Shown here: one piece after another, positions 19,326-27,859 of the stretch
Position numbering within the stretch: position 1 is the first letter of the stretch
How the letters are laid out: each line of letters opens with the position of its first letter
From: a virus
Lineage: Duplodnaviria > Caudoviricetes
Length of the DNA stretch: 40,825 bases
Strand: one strand, 5' to 3'
IMG/VR virus record: IMGVR_UViG_3300025451_000026
Location: 1-40,825 of that record
Made by a program: the position numbers and the translations under genes
Notes under the pieces: generated by a model
The model's input: only the letters and a program-made list of their open reading frames with translations
Databases searched by the model: none
Told to the model about the DNA's origin: nothing

Positions 19326-19995
19326 TTTGTTCCCTTGTTAATTTAGCTATTCGGATAGCTTCCCTATGCTCTGGAGTCCACGTAATACCCACATTCCAAG
19401 ATGTTCCACCTTTTAATCCTTTATTCCAAGCAATTTGCCCTTTAGATGAAACACTCATTTTCTCCAAAGTTTCCTTAGATTTAACTCTACCCGTATTCGC
19501 TAAACTAATACGTTTTTTAGCTTCATCACTTAATGGGGGCGGTTTTTTACCCAAGTGCGCCAAACGATTCTTTTGGTTAGATTCCTCTAAGTGCTTACAA
19601 CCTTTCCTTGGGGAAGGTCGGCCTAACGCTGCCAATCTGTTTTTTTCATTGGAAGCCGCACTGTGTTTCTTACCTTTAAAATGGGACACAGTTCCAGTAG
19701 TATCAAACCCACAAACCAATTGTCGCGCTTTGTTAAAAAACAGAGGGTTCCTTGCAATATCAAAACACTCATGCAAGAAAATCTCATGCTCTAACGCCAC
19801 TTTTCGAGATGGCCATACGGCTAATATCTCTTTGGTAACGGTAACTTCTTTACTCTTAAGCAGTGGTTTTAGCACCGTTGAGGTACCCAGATATGCGTCC
19901 TCAGAAGCAAGACCATTAAACGAGCGAACCCCAACGTAAAAACGCATACCCATATACGGCTCCCTAGCGGCAAGCATATAGGTGTAGTGCTGCAT
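19312..19995 (-). CDS. Putative homing endonuclease: GIY-YIG-like N-terminus plus NUMOD3 repeats
   Basis: HYTY..FYVG.R..YLGTS N-terminal domain; GKKHS, HLEES, KSKETLEKMS, AWNKG repeats. Confidence 0.78.
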   Translation of the reverse strand: MQHYTYMLAAREPYMGMRFYVGVRSFNGLASEDAYLGTSTVLKPLLKSKEVTVTKEILAVWPSRKVALEHEIFLHECFDIARNPLFFNKARQLVCGFDTTGTVSHFKGKKHSAASNEKNRLAALGRPSPRKGCKHLEESNQKNRLAHLGKKPPPLSDEAKKRISLANTGRVKSKETLEKMSVSSKGQIAWNKGLKGGTSWNVGITWTPEHREAIRIAKLTREQNGTN

Positions 19996-20897
19996 TATTT
20001 GTTCTCCAGAATAGCGATGCGTTTACGCAGGGATTGAAGTTCGGCTACGAGGTCAGCAATGACTTCAGGTGTACTTGCTTGCATAGCTTGGTACTTAGGC
20101 TTGCCGTCTTCGTCGACAGCATCCTTCTCGCCGCTCACACTACCGGGGTACACCTCTTGGAACTTGTGAGCTAAGAAGCCACGGGTGTGTGAGCCATCGG
20201 CTTTCCATGTGTACTCAATCGGCTGGAGTGCGTCAATGCGATCACCAGCACCCGACACTGCACCGATAACTTCTTTTAAGCGGTAGTCAGAAGAGGTGTT
20301 GTAGAGAACTGCTGTCGTTCCTACATGGGTGATGGAACCAATTTCTATAGCCGAACGACGAAAACTTTGAAATACAGCGCCTGAAACAGAAGCATTGTTG
20401 TTTATGGCTATATACGTACCCGCTCCTGAAATGGCTACACCCGGCGCTGATAAAGAAGCCCCCCCCACCAACAAATTCCCACTAGCATCCAGCATCATCG
20501 CCTGTGTGAATGTGATGGCTGCGCCTGCTGTGCCGGAGGGGGCTGTGTACCAAGCAAACTTGCCAGCTTCGGAGGCTACATAAGTTGCATAATTTGTAGT
20601 AGCGTATTTAAACCCAGTGGCTGAAAGATAAGAATTAGTTGATATGTAACTATTTGCCGCGTCTGCAAAGATTGCTGCACCTGTGTTAACTTGTAGCGCC
20701 TTATACCCACCACCCCAAGCACTAGGAGTAACCCCCAAGCCGAGGTTGCCAGAAGCATCTTTAACCACCTGCCCAGAGCCAAGATTAACTACACCAGTAC
20801 CACCCGTGAGTGTGCCTGTGTAGGAAAGGTTACCCGTGCTCACATCTGTGATTGCTGGGGTAGTAATCCCCGTAGTTCCATTTAAAACGATTGTCAT
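19995..20897 (-). CDS. Tail fibre protein with C-terminal intramolecular chaperone (peptidase S74)
   Basis: GNLGLGVTPS and LDASGNLLVG repeats; TSSDYRLKE, GFLAH, C-terminal coiled coil. Confidence 0.88.
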   Translation of the reverse strand: MTIVLNGTTGITTPAITDVSTGNLSYTGTLTGGTGVVNLGSGQVVKDASGNLGLGVTPSAWGGGYKALQVNTGAAIFADAANSYISTNSYLSATGFKYATTNYATYVASEAGKFAWYTAPSGTAGAAITFTQAMMLDASGNLLVGGASLSAPGVAISGAGTYIAINNNASVSGAVFQSFRRSAIEIGSITHVGTTAVLYNTSSDYRLKEVIGAVSGAGDRIDALQPIEYTWKADGSHTRGFLAHKFQEVYPGSVSGEKDAVDEDGKPKYQAMQASTPEVIADLVAELQSLRKRIAILENK

Positions 20898-20907
20898 GTT
20901 TGTTCCT

Positions 20908-22317
20908 TTACAAGATTACCCAAGTGCTACCGGAGGGCACGGTGACCGCGATTCCGGCGTTAATAACCAGCGGCCCGGTACTTGATGCGTTGTTGCCAGT
21001 AGTCAAGGTGTAGCTCACACTCACAATGGCGTTGTTCTCGTACATGATGGGGTTGCCACCACCACCAGAAGCACCACCCACGCCAGACCATGCTGTGCCG
21101 TTGTATCCTTCAAATTGCACGTTGTCAGTGTTGAATCGAAAGTAGCCTGCTGCTGGTGATCCGTTACGCTGGGCGGTAGTTCCTGAAGGAATAATCTCAG
21201 CACCTGTTGCGCTGGTCTGAACTCCCAGACTCACTAGAGCTGCTGCGGCTGTTGTGGCGTTTGTGCCACCATTGACAAAAGCGAGAGGAGTTGAATTCCA
21301 GTTTGTTGCCGTACCATTAGTTGTTAAGAACTTCCCGGTATTACCTGTTTGGGAAGGTGTAAAAGAAGCTGCAAGTGTTGCACTATTAGCTGCATTCGTT
21401 GCTGAAGTGCCTGCACTGGTGGCACTAGTGGCTGCACTAGAGGCGCTAGAGCTTGCATTGGTTGCGCTTGTATTAGCATTGGTAGCACTCGTAGAAGCAT
21501 TAGATGCCTGAGTAGTTGCTGTGCTGGCACTAGAGGCTGCACTAGAGGCGCTAGAGTTTGCGTTAGTTGCACTTGTAGACGCGCTGGTGGCACTAGAGGC
21601 TGCACTGATAGCACTAGAGGCTGCATTAGATGCCTGAGTAGTTGCTGTGCTGGCACTGGAGGATGCACTGGTGGCGCTGGAGGCTGCATTCGATGCCTGT
21701 GTAGTTGCTGTGCTGACACTAGAGGCTGCACTGGTAGCACTTGCAGAAGCATTCGATGCCTGAGTAGTTGCTGTGCTGGCACTTGTAGATGCACTAGAAG
21801 CACTTGTAGATGCACTGGTAGCACTCGTAGAAGCTGATGAAGCACTTGATGATGCATTAGTAGCCTGCGTAGTTGCAGTTGATGCTGAACTAGAAGCACT
21901 TATAGCACTCGTAGAAGCTGCTGAAGCACTTGATGCTGCATTAGTAGCTTGAGTAGTTGCAGTCGCTGCTGAAGCTGCTGAAACTAATGCTGATGTGTTA
22001 GCGTTTGTAGCAGATGTTCCTGCGCTGGTTGAACTTGCTGCTGCTGAAATCGCTGATGTATTTGCAGCAGATGCAGAAGATGCTGCCGATACCGAACTAG
22101 AGGATGCATTAGAAGCTGACAAAGTAGCACTAGCAGCTTGGGTTGCTGCTGTGGTAGCTGAAGTAGTTGCTCCAGAGGCCGCTACAGTTGCTGTGTTGGC
22201 ACTATTAGTTGCACTTGCTGCCGATGTTGCTGCTGCTGTTGAAAGAGAAGCTAAGAGCGCAACTTCAATGTCTGTTGTGGCATCTCCTGTGCCTCCTACT
22301 CCGCGATAGATACCCAT
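20908..22317 (-). CDS. Long Ser/Ala/Thr-rich fibre protein
   Basis: About 300 aa of A/S/T repeats, then PSQTGN.GKFLTTNG, P.GTTAQR, RFNT....FEGY and C-terminal VTVPSGSTWVIL. Confidence 0.82.
   Translation of the reverse strand: MGIYRGVGGTGDATTDIEVALLASLSTAAATSAASATNSANTATVAASGATTSATTAATQAASATLSASNASSSSVSAASSASAANTSAISAAASSTSAGTSATNANTSALVSAASAATATTQATNAASSASAASTSAISASSSASTATTQATNASSSASSASTSATSASTSASSASTSASTATTQASNASASATSAASSVSTATTQASNAASSATSASSSASTATTQASNAASSAISAASSATSASTSATNANSSASSAASSASTATTQASNASTSATNANTSATNASSSASSAATSATSAGTSATNAANSATLAASFTPSQTGNTGKFLTTNGTATNWNSTPLAFVNGGTNATTAAAALVSLGVQTSATGAEIIPSGTTAQRNGSPAAGYFRFNTDNVQFEGYNGTAWSGVGGASGGGGNPIMYENNAIVSVSYTLTTGNNASSTGPLVINAGIAVTVPSGSTWVIL
21360..22240 (-). 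repeat. Degenerate coding tandem repeats
   Basis: Recurring DNA block gatgcctgagtagttgctgtgctggcact and peptide ASTATTQASNA. Confidence 0.9.
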
Positions 22318-22322
22318 TGTTA

Positions 22323-22490
22323 TTATTCCTTAATAGCAGATTGTTTCTTTGAAGAAGTTACTTTAATAGATTGTACTTCTTCAACAACAGAGATTACTTC
22401 TACATATTCATCATGTTTACGCATCTCAACTGAATCTACATCATTGAAGGTAAACTCGTTACCTGTGTGAATACATTTAAATTTAGCCAT
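22323..22490 (-). CDS. Small hypothetical protein (55 aa), not in the ORF track
   Basis: MAKFKCIHTGNEFTFNDVDSVEMRKHDEYVEV...SAIKE; RBS ggagag. Confidence 0.8.
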   Translation of the reverse strand: MAKFKCIHTGNEFTFNDVDSVEMRKHDEYVEVISVVEEVQSIKVTSSKKQSAIKE

Positions 22491-22581
22491 TATTTCTCTC
22501 CTATTAATTCTTTAGATATGTACTCTGTTGTGTACATTTAGGTGTTTTTACCTAGAACTGTACTGTATCGAATACATATCT

Positions 22582-22614
22582 AAAAAGGGGAACCCTTATG
22601 TAAGAGTCCCCCTT
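22582..22614 (-). terminator. Rho-independent terminator after the major capsid gene
   Basis: Minus strand reads aagggggactcttacataagggttccccttttt: a stem-loop followed by a U-tract. Confidence 0.85.
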
Positions 22615-22631
22615 GATATGCTACCTAGCGT

Positions 22632-23555
22632 TTAGGCTGGAACAACCAAGGCAACGGCAGCGCCATCACGCAGTTCTTTGAAACCGTAGATGGTATCAGC
22701 AGTAAACAGAGTACCGAGGTATTCTTGTTTGTACTGAGTCTGTGAACGAACAGATTGTTGTTCAGCCAACACTGCGAAGTCTTTATGACCAAGCAAACAG
22801 ACACGAGCAGCAGTAGAACCGCTGGTTGTATCAGCATTTGAGGTAACGAACACTGGAATGCCATAGACATTGCCAATCTCACCATTACGGATAGTGTTAC
22901 CACCACCAACCTCACCGACGAATGCTTGCTCAGTAAATCGAGCAATACCCATCATCGTGTTACGAGTGGAAGGAGGAACCATCAGGAAGCGACCATCCAT
23001 AGGCACATCAGCATCATCAAGACGCTGGATGGCACGACGAATAGCAATATCAGTCAGTGCGCCCAAGCCAGTGTTTGCTCCGGCAACATAGGCAGTAGTA
23101 CCGTCAGCGCCGGAAACACCACCAGAGTAAGCAGTAGTGCCTGTACCGCCGTTAACACCACGACCAAGCGAGATCAGATCGAAATCAACCTGACGGGCGA
23201 GAGCATAGCCTGCATCTTCAGTGTAGAAGCTGCGGAGCGAGGAAAGAGCTTGTGTTTCCACAATATCTTCGATCAAGCGGCTATATTCATAGTGCTTGTC
23301 GATGTTGACAATAACTTCACCTTCAGTAGCAGCAATCAGGGTAACCTGAGCTTGTGCGCCTTTGAGAGAAGCATTACCACGGGTAGGAGCAGGAATGTGA
23401 ACGGTGTCACCTTTCTTGCCTTTGAAGCTCATCTTCTTGATGAGGTTAGCCATAACCAGATTCTTCTGGTAAGAAGCAATGATTTCATCAGACCAGATAG
23501 CGGGGATGAAAGTTGCAGCGGTCGTCTTAGTGACGTGAGCGGTTCCGAGAGCCAT
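22632..23555 (-). CDS. Major capsid protein
   Basis: FIP.IWS.E, GDTVHIP, LDDADVP.DGR, GEIG..YG..V, AD.IYG; follows the scaffold and is followed by a terminator. Confidence 0.92.
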   Translation of the reverse strand: MALGTAHVTKTTAATFIPAIWSDEIIASYQKNLVMANLIKKMSFKGKKGDTVHIPAPTRGNASLKGAQAQVTLIAATEGEVIVNIDKHYEYSRLIEDIVETQALSSLRSFYTEDAGYALARQVDFDLISLGRGVNGGTGTTAYSGGVSGADGTTAYVAGANTGLGALTDIAIRRAIQRLDDADVPMDGRFLMVPPSTRNTMMGIARFTEQAFVGEVGGGNTIRNGEIGNVYGIPVFVTSNADTTSGSTAARVCLLGHKDFAVLAEQQSVRSQTQYKQEYLGTLFTADTIYGFKELRDGAAVALVVPA

Positions 23556-23589
23556 TATTAATTTCCTTTAAAGAATGAATGTAATTTGT

Positions 23590-24378
23590 TTATTTAACGC
23601 GCCCATCAGCGTATGCCTGCATAATGTCGTCTGACAATGCTTCGTAACGCCTTGGGTCTGTCATGCGGAGCCTGATAAGGTCTGCACGACGATAGACTTT
23701 CTGTGAAGTCTCCCCTGTTCCACCAACGTCCACGGATGCAGCTTGCAAGTTCTTCTTCAAGGCTTGAGTGCCTTCTTCTTTTGCTTGATTGCTGCGAGTA
23801 CCGCGAATCTGTTTGAACGTAGTTAATAGTTCATCGGCTGATTGAAAGTCGTAATTGGAATCTGCCTGTGCGTACATATTTAGACGCAACTGAGAACCTT
23901 TTACCCAATCAATGAATTCACCATCCTTAGTTACTTCTGCAAAGTCAGGGTGCTTCTTTTGGAGCATGGCCTGTGTTTGCATCTGCTTCATCTCGCGTGT
24001 AGCTTGTTTAGCAGCTAGTACATCGGGGTGGTTATCTACAGCTTGTCGAACTGCCTTCTTAGGGTCTTCAAAGAAATCAATCTCTTGATTATCTTCTACC
24101 TGAGCACTGGACTCTTTAGATTGTTTTGGATAGAGTTGTTGTTTAAGTAGTTCATCTGCCAACTTACGAACTTCGCCTACTTCTTGTGCCTGTCTACCGA
24201 TCAGCTTCTCAGCCTCTTGGTGCATATTCACAATATCTTCAAGACTCTTGCCCGAGTATTTATCGGGAATCTTGGGTTTCTCAGCTACAATAGGAGCATC
24301 ATCTAGCTCATTATTATTCTGTTCGTTTGGAGTATCAAATTCACTCTCAAACACTTCTTCGGGATCAATCAATGCCAT
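23590..24378 (-). CDS. Capsid scaffolding protein
   Basis: Acidic helical protein, P.KY.GKS..MH..AEK.IGRQ..EVG..RK; directly upstream of the capsid gene. Confidence 0.78.
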   Translation of the reverse strand: MALIDPEEVFESEFDTPNEQNNNELDDAPIVAEKPKIPDKYSGKSLEDIVNMHQEAEKLIGRQAQEVGEVRKLADELLKQQLYPKQSKESSAQVEDNQEIDFFEDPKKAVRQAVDNHPDVLAAKQATREMKQMQTQAMLQKKHPDFAEVTKDGEFIDWVKGSQLRLNMYAQADSNYDFQSADELLTTFKQIRGTRSNQAKEEGTQALKKNLQAASVDVGGTGETSQKVYRRADLIRLRMTDPRRYEALSDDIMQAYADGRVK

Positions 24379-24438
24379 ACTGCTATACCTTTCCTGCCAA
24401 TTACGGTTCTAGGATAATTAAAAATGAACTCCAAGAGA

Positions 24439-24681
24439 TTATTCGCCATGAGAGGCGGCTCTTTTCTGTTCTTGTTGTTGCTTTTCAGCACGCTTTCGTA
24501 CCCACGAATCTGCTGCGCCGGGAAAGTCTCCTGAGACTCCTTCCAACGTGACATGAGGCGTGGATATGATTCTTACCGCATCTTTGCTGCAAACTGAACA
24601 TTTGCAAGTGCGAATTGTTTCATCAATAAACCGTTCAGTGATGTGATTATTTGAACACTTAAATTCAAAGATACGCCTCAT
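24439..24681 (-). CDS. Small zinc-ribbon protein
   Basis: FEFKC...H, CSVC, RIIS.P pattern. Confidence 0.75.
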   Translation of the reverse strand: MRRIFEFKCSNNHITERFIDETIRTCKCSVCSKDAVRIISTPHVTLEGVSGDFPGAADSWVRKRAEKQQQEQKRAASHGE

Positions 24682-24908
24682 GAGATTAAGTCCTCATAAG
24701 ATTGTTCACACATTGCCTTACGATTTAAAACCAGATCAAGAATATCTAGCTGACCTTTACGGAAAAATAGATTGTTGCTATCTGTAGTAGCTGATATATC
24801 GTTGATACTGGATTTAAGTGTTTTGAAGTCTTCCATCAAATCCTTCCACCCTTGAGTGGAGAATGTGTTGAAAGAGGCTTCATAATATCGTTGTAACTCT
24901 TTATCCAT
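24678..24908 (-). CDS. Hypothetical protein (head module)
   Basis: GWK.L, FRKGQL; overlaps the next gene by ATGA. Confidence 0.75.
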   Translation of the reverse strand: MDKELQRYYEASFNTFSTQGWKDLMEDFKTLKSSINDISATTDSNNLFFRKGQLDILDLVLNRKAMCEQSYEDLIS

Positions 24909-24945
24909 TAAAGGAGAGCCTTTCTATTTAATTTGTCAAGTATAT

Positions 24946-24974
24946 ATTGTATCATTTATACAACACATTGTCAA
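24946..24974 (-). promoter_or_regulatory. Sigma70-type promoter for the scaffold/capsid operon
   Basis: Minus strand TTGACA-17 nt-TACAAT in the intergenic gap. Confidence 0.78.
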
Positions 24975-25016
24975 GTATTATTTACTATTATTCGCTAAAT
25001 AGTTAATAAAAGATGA

Positions 25017-25265
25017 TTATGCCCATACTCGAATAGGTTGTTTAGGCTCTATACTGAAGGGAAGCAGAGTAATAAGCTGCTCTTCAGTAAGTTCCCCTCT
25101 AATATTAACGTGCCAGCCGGGAAGAGGAACCATTACTGGCCCTTCCTCAGTCATTTCAGTAGTGGGTTTTGAAATAACACCAATTACATCAGTGCTGCCT
25201 TGGAAGCCAGTCAACAAAGTAACTGCTTCATCCTCACTATTGAATTTTAAGAAGTAATCACTCAT
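25017..25265 (-). CDS. Hypothetical protein accompanying the upstream fibre-like gene
   Basis: DVIG.I, GWHVN.R, P..P.RVWA pattern; coupled by ATGA overlap. Confidence 0.75.
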   Translation of the reverse strand: MSDYFLKFNSEDEAVTLLTGFQGSTDVIGVISKPTTEMTEEGPVMVPLPGWHVNIRGELTEEQLITLLPFSIEPKQPIRVWA

Positions 25266-27859
25266 GCTGTAATTCCTTGTAGTTCTGTGTTAGATAAGCG
25301 GCGAGGAAAGTAGATGGTTTGCTGTATGTGGCCGTTCAGGTATGCACTACCATCACTTCCTATATTTAGCTGGAAGATTCCTGTAGGTATGGTTCCAAGG
25401 TTATCTAAATTTGACAATACGCCATTTCTAGCTGCCGCAAAATCATTTAATTTATATCCAAACGCAATTGACTCAAGTGCATTCGCTACGGGAGCACCAA
25501 TAGCTAATGTGGACTGCGTAACACCTAATGCAGTTACCTGTGCATACGGCCCCGTAGAACCTGACGAATTAGACCCGAGAATAGCAAGCGAGTTTGAGGA
25601 AATTCCACTATTAGCACTTATAACTCGTGTACTGGTTGGTGAGGAGCCAGCTAAAAACTCACTATAAAAGCTACCCTCAGTCGGGTTATACCAACTACTG
25701 AAGTTATCCCCAACCATAGTTACAACATCGGCAGCACGAGTTACTTGGCTGTCTACTGTGGGGATGTAGCTGGTGGCGAAGGAGCCTGCTTCCAGTTGAG
25801 CGCCCCAAAGATATAAACCAGAACCGAGCACACCCGTATAGATTGTTGTAGTTTCCCACAACTGAAGCCTACATATCAAAGTTGCAGTGGTTTGCGCTGT
25901 AAAAGTCATAGAGACTCTGAACCATCCATTGGACAGTTCTTGAAATTCACTAGACAAATAGCCTGTTCCACTCGGATTAGAAATAGTCTTTGTTCTAGGG
26001 TTAAACACTAATGTGATATTTGCGGCCGTGGCAACGCGCAGATACAGGGATCGGTTAGCACTAAGTCCATCTTTAACAAAAACTGACCATGTGTATGTGG
26101 TCCCTGCTGTGACTGCTATAGGGCGGTCAGCAGCATAATGCTCACCTGTTGTTCCCGTATCCGTAATTAAATCGGCAGTGAGGGTATTGTTTGGAGCATT
26201 TATCGCATCAGGCGATACAGTAGTTCCTATGCTTGCGGTTATCACCTCACTATTAAGAGCCAGATTAGTCCTCTGCTCCTCAATTAACAATCCCTTCGGA
26301 GCCAGCGTCACAGGGTCGTAGTCGAAGCGTGGGCCGTAGTAAGCCGTTGAAGTAGGTGCTGCACCGGGGTTGTAGACGTAAGGGTCTAGGGAGGCGCTGT
26401 CTGAGAATTGAGCACCCCATAAGTAGAGTCCAGAAGTTCCGTCACCTGTGTAAGATGAAGGACTTGCATTGGAATTCTGACTAATACGAATTTGACGTGT
26501 TGGTGTTGCAGCGGCTTGTACTGTGAACTCAATACTACATCTGTACCATCCATTTCCAGCATTAACAATAGTCGCTATTGAATCTGGTGAGGGTGTCCCA
26601 GCAACTCCTGTAACCAAGTTAAAGCCCGCTATAAGATTAGCACCTGCGGGGCCAATGGCTGTAACAATTAACTGAAGAAAGTCTCTTCCCGCTGCTTTTG
26701 CATAAACGCTATAGGTTAAAACTTGCCCTATAACTGCTAAGCTAGTTCCACTCGGCGTAGTATAGTGAGGCCCTGTTGAGGTGTCTTCAATGAGCTTATC
26801 GGCAGTAAGAGAAGCATCGGGCGCAACTATCGCATTTGCTGTAACGCTTGCTCCTGATTTGCTCCAAGCAGCATTATCAAACTCTTGAGTAAACCCAAGC
26901 TGGTTCTTCATAGTCGTTGTGTAGTAGGGCTGGAGAGCGCCTATGTTGAGTTGAGCACCCCAGATGTAGATGCCTGAAGTTCCATTGCCTGTGTAGGATG
27001 CGGTGTTGTCTGCGGAACCGATAGAAATTCTCATACTTGGAGTTGTTGCCCCCGTTGCAGACGACACGGAAACAGAAAACCGCCGCCAACCATTACCAAA
27101 ATTGGTCGCAGACGCTAAGGACACCGTGCCATTTGTTGTGCCTTGCGCCCCAGTTACCGTATTAAACCATACACGATTGTTGACGCCCGCTTTGTCTGTT
27201 AAGCCAACAGCAACCCAAGTACGTTCTGCTGATTTTACAAATACCGACACCGTATAAGTTGTACTATCACTGAGTGTTATTGATTGCAAGGTCAAATGAC
27301 CAGAAAGTGCAGTATCTTCCACCAGCTTGTCAGCAGTCAAAGAGCCATCAGGCGCAGCCATACTATTGGTGGTTACTGTGCTATTGCTCTTAGTCCAAGC
27401 AGCATTGTCAAACTGCTCAGAGTAAGTAAGCAGGTTGTTCGGAGCAGACTGAATAAACCCATCTGGCCCTGTCACCGTGGCATCGGAGGCCCGTGTGAAG
27501 GTAACGCGTGAATCTAATGCTGCCCCATTAGTGAAGTCAAGCATCAAAGAAGCATCCCCTGCCATTGCATATCCATAAGGAATGTAGCCTACATCATTTA
27601 CCTGCCAAGCATCAGCAGCCGAAGTATCTACATACACAGGTACATAATCGTTGAATGGCATACTTTTCGGTGTCAGCGTAACAGAAGAAACATTGATATA
27701 ACCATTATTGTCATATGAGTTTTCAACACCTCCTGTTGATAACTTTACAGGAATATAGTCAGTCCAACGCTTGAGTCCAACAACATTAGTTAAGAAGGAC
27801 ACCCGCATCTGTGACTGTCCATTAGAAGCAAAGTTAGAAGGGTATGTTTGTGGAACCAT
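25262..27859 (-). CDS. Large virion surface protein with three internal carbohydrate-binding-like repeats
   Basis: FTRAS.AT; three copies of a module AP....TAD...ED/DT...GNGW.R..YTG....G.Y.WGAQ; GLLIEEQRTN; ATSYIPT....VTRAAD. Confidence 0.75.
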   Translation of the reverse strand: MVPQTYPSNFASNGQSQMRVSFLTNVVGLKRWTDYIPVKLSTGGVENSYDNNGYINVSSVTLTPKSMPFNDYVPVYVDTSAADAWQVNDVGYIPYGYAMAGDASLMLDFTNGAALDSRVTFTRASDATVTGPDGFIQSAPNNLLTYSEQFDNAAWTKSNSTVTTNSMAAPDGSLTADKLVEDTALSGHLTLQSITLSDSTTYTVSVFVKSAERTWVAVGLTDKAGVNNRVWFNTVTGAQGTTNGTVSLASATNFGNGWRRFSVSVSSATGATTPSMRISIGSADNTASYTGNGTSGIYIWGAQLNIGALQPYYTTTMKNQLGFTQEFDNAAWSKSGASVTANAIVAPDASLTADKLIEDTSTGPHYTTPSGTSLAVIGQVLTYSVYAKAAGRDFLQLIVTAIGPAGANLIAGFNLVTGVAGTPSPDSIATIVNAGNGWYRCSIEFTVQAAATPTRQIRISQNSNASPSSYTGDGTSGLYLWGAQFSDSASLDPYVYNPGAAPTSTAYYGPRFDYDPVTLAPKGLLIEEQRTNLALNSEVITASIGTTVSPDAINAPNNTLTADLITDTGTTGEHYAADRPIAVTAGTTYTWSVFVKDGLSANRSLYLRVATAANITLVFNPRTKTISNPSGTGYLSSEFQELSNGWFRVSMTFTAQTTATLICRLQLWETTTIYTGVLGSGLYLWGAQLEAGSFATSYIPTVDSQVTRAADVVTMVGDNFSSWYNPTEGSFYSEFLAGSSPTSTRVISANSGISSNSLAILGSNSSGSTGPYAQVTALGVTQSTLAIGAPVANALESIAFGYKLNDFAAARNGVLSNLDNLGTIPTGIFQLNIGSDGSAYLNGHIQQTIYFPRRLSNTELQGITA

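Noticed and set aside
21254-22309. Alternative-frame ORFs in the Ser/Ala/Thr fibre gene
   Set aside because: Low-complexity repeats lack stop codons in other frames.
22555-22580. LexA box (ctgtatcgaatacat)
   Set aside because: Spacing and right half do not fit CTGT-N8-ACAG; better explained as part of the RNA stem.
22625-22945. Frameshift-extended minor capsid protein (T7 10B-like)
   Set aside because: The alternative frame ends only 7 nt past the capsid stop, a terminator follows, and no clear slippery site was seen.
22870-23561. Long + strand ORFs antisense to the capsid gene
   Set aside because: No recognisable motifs; explained as shadow frames of a biased, highly expressed gene.
17543-27859. 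Diversity-generating retroelement acting on fibre genes
   Set aside because: No reverse transcriptase, and I saw no template/variable repeat pair differing at adenines.
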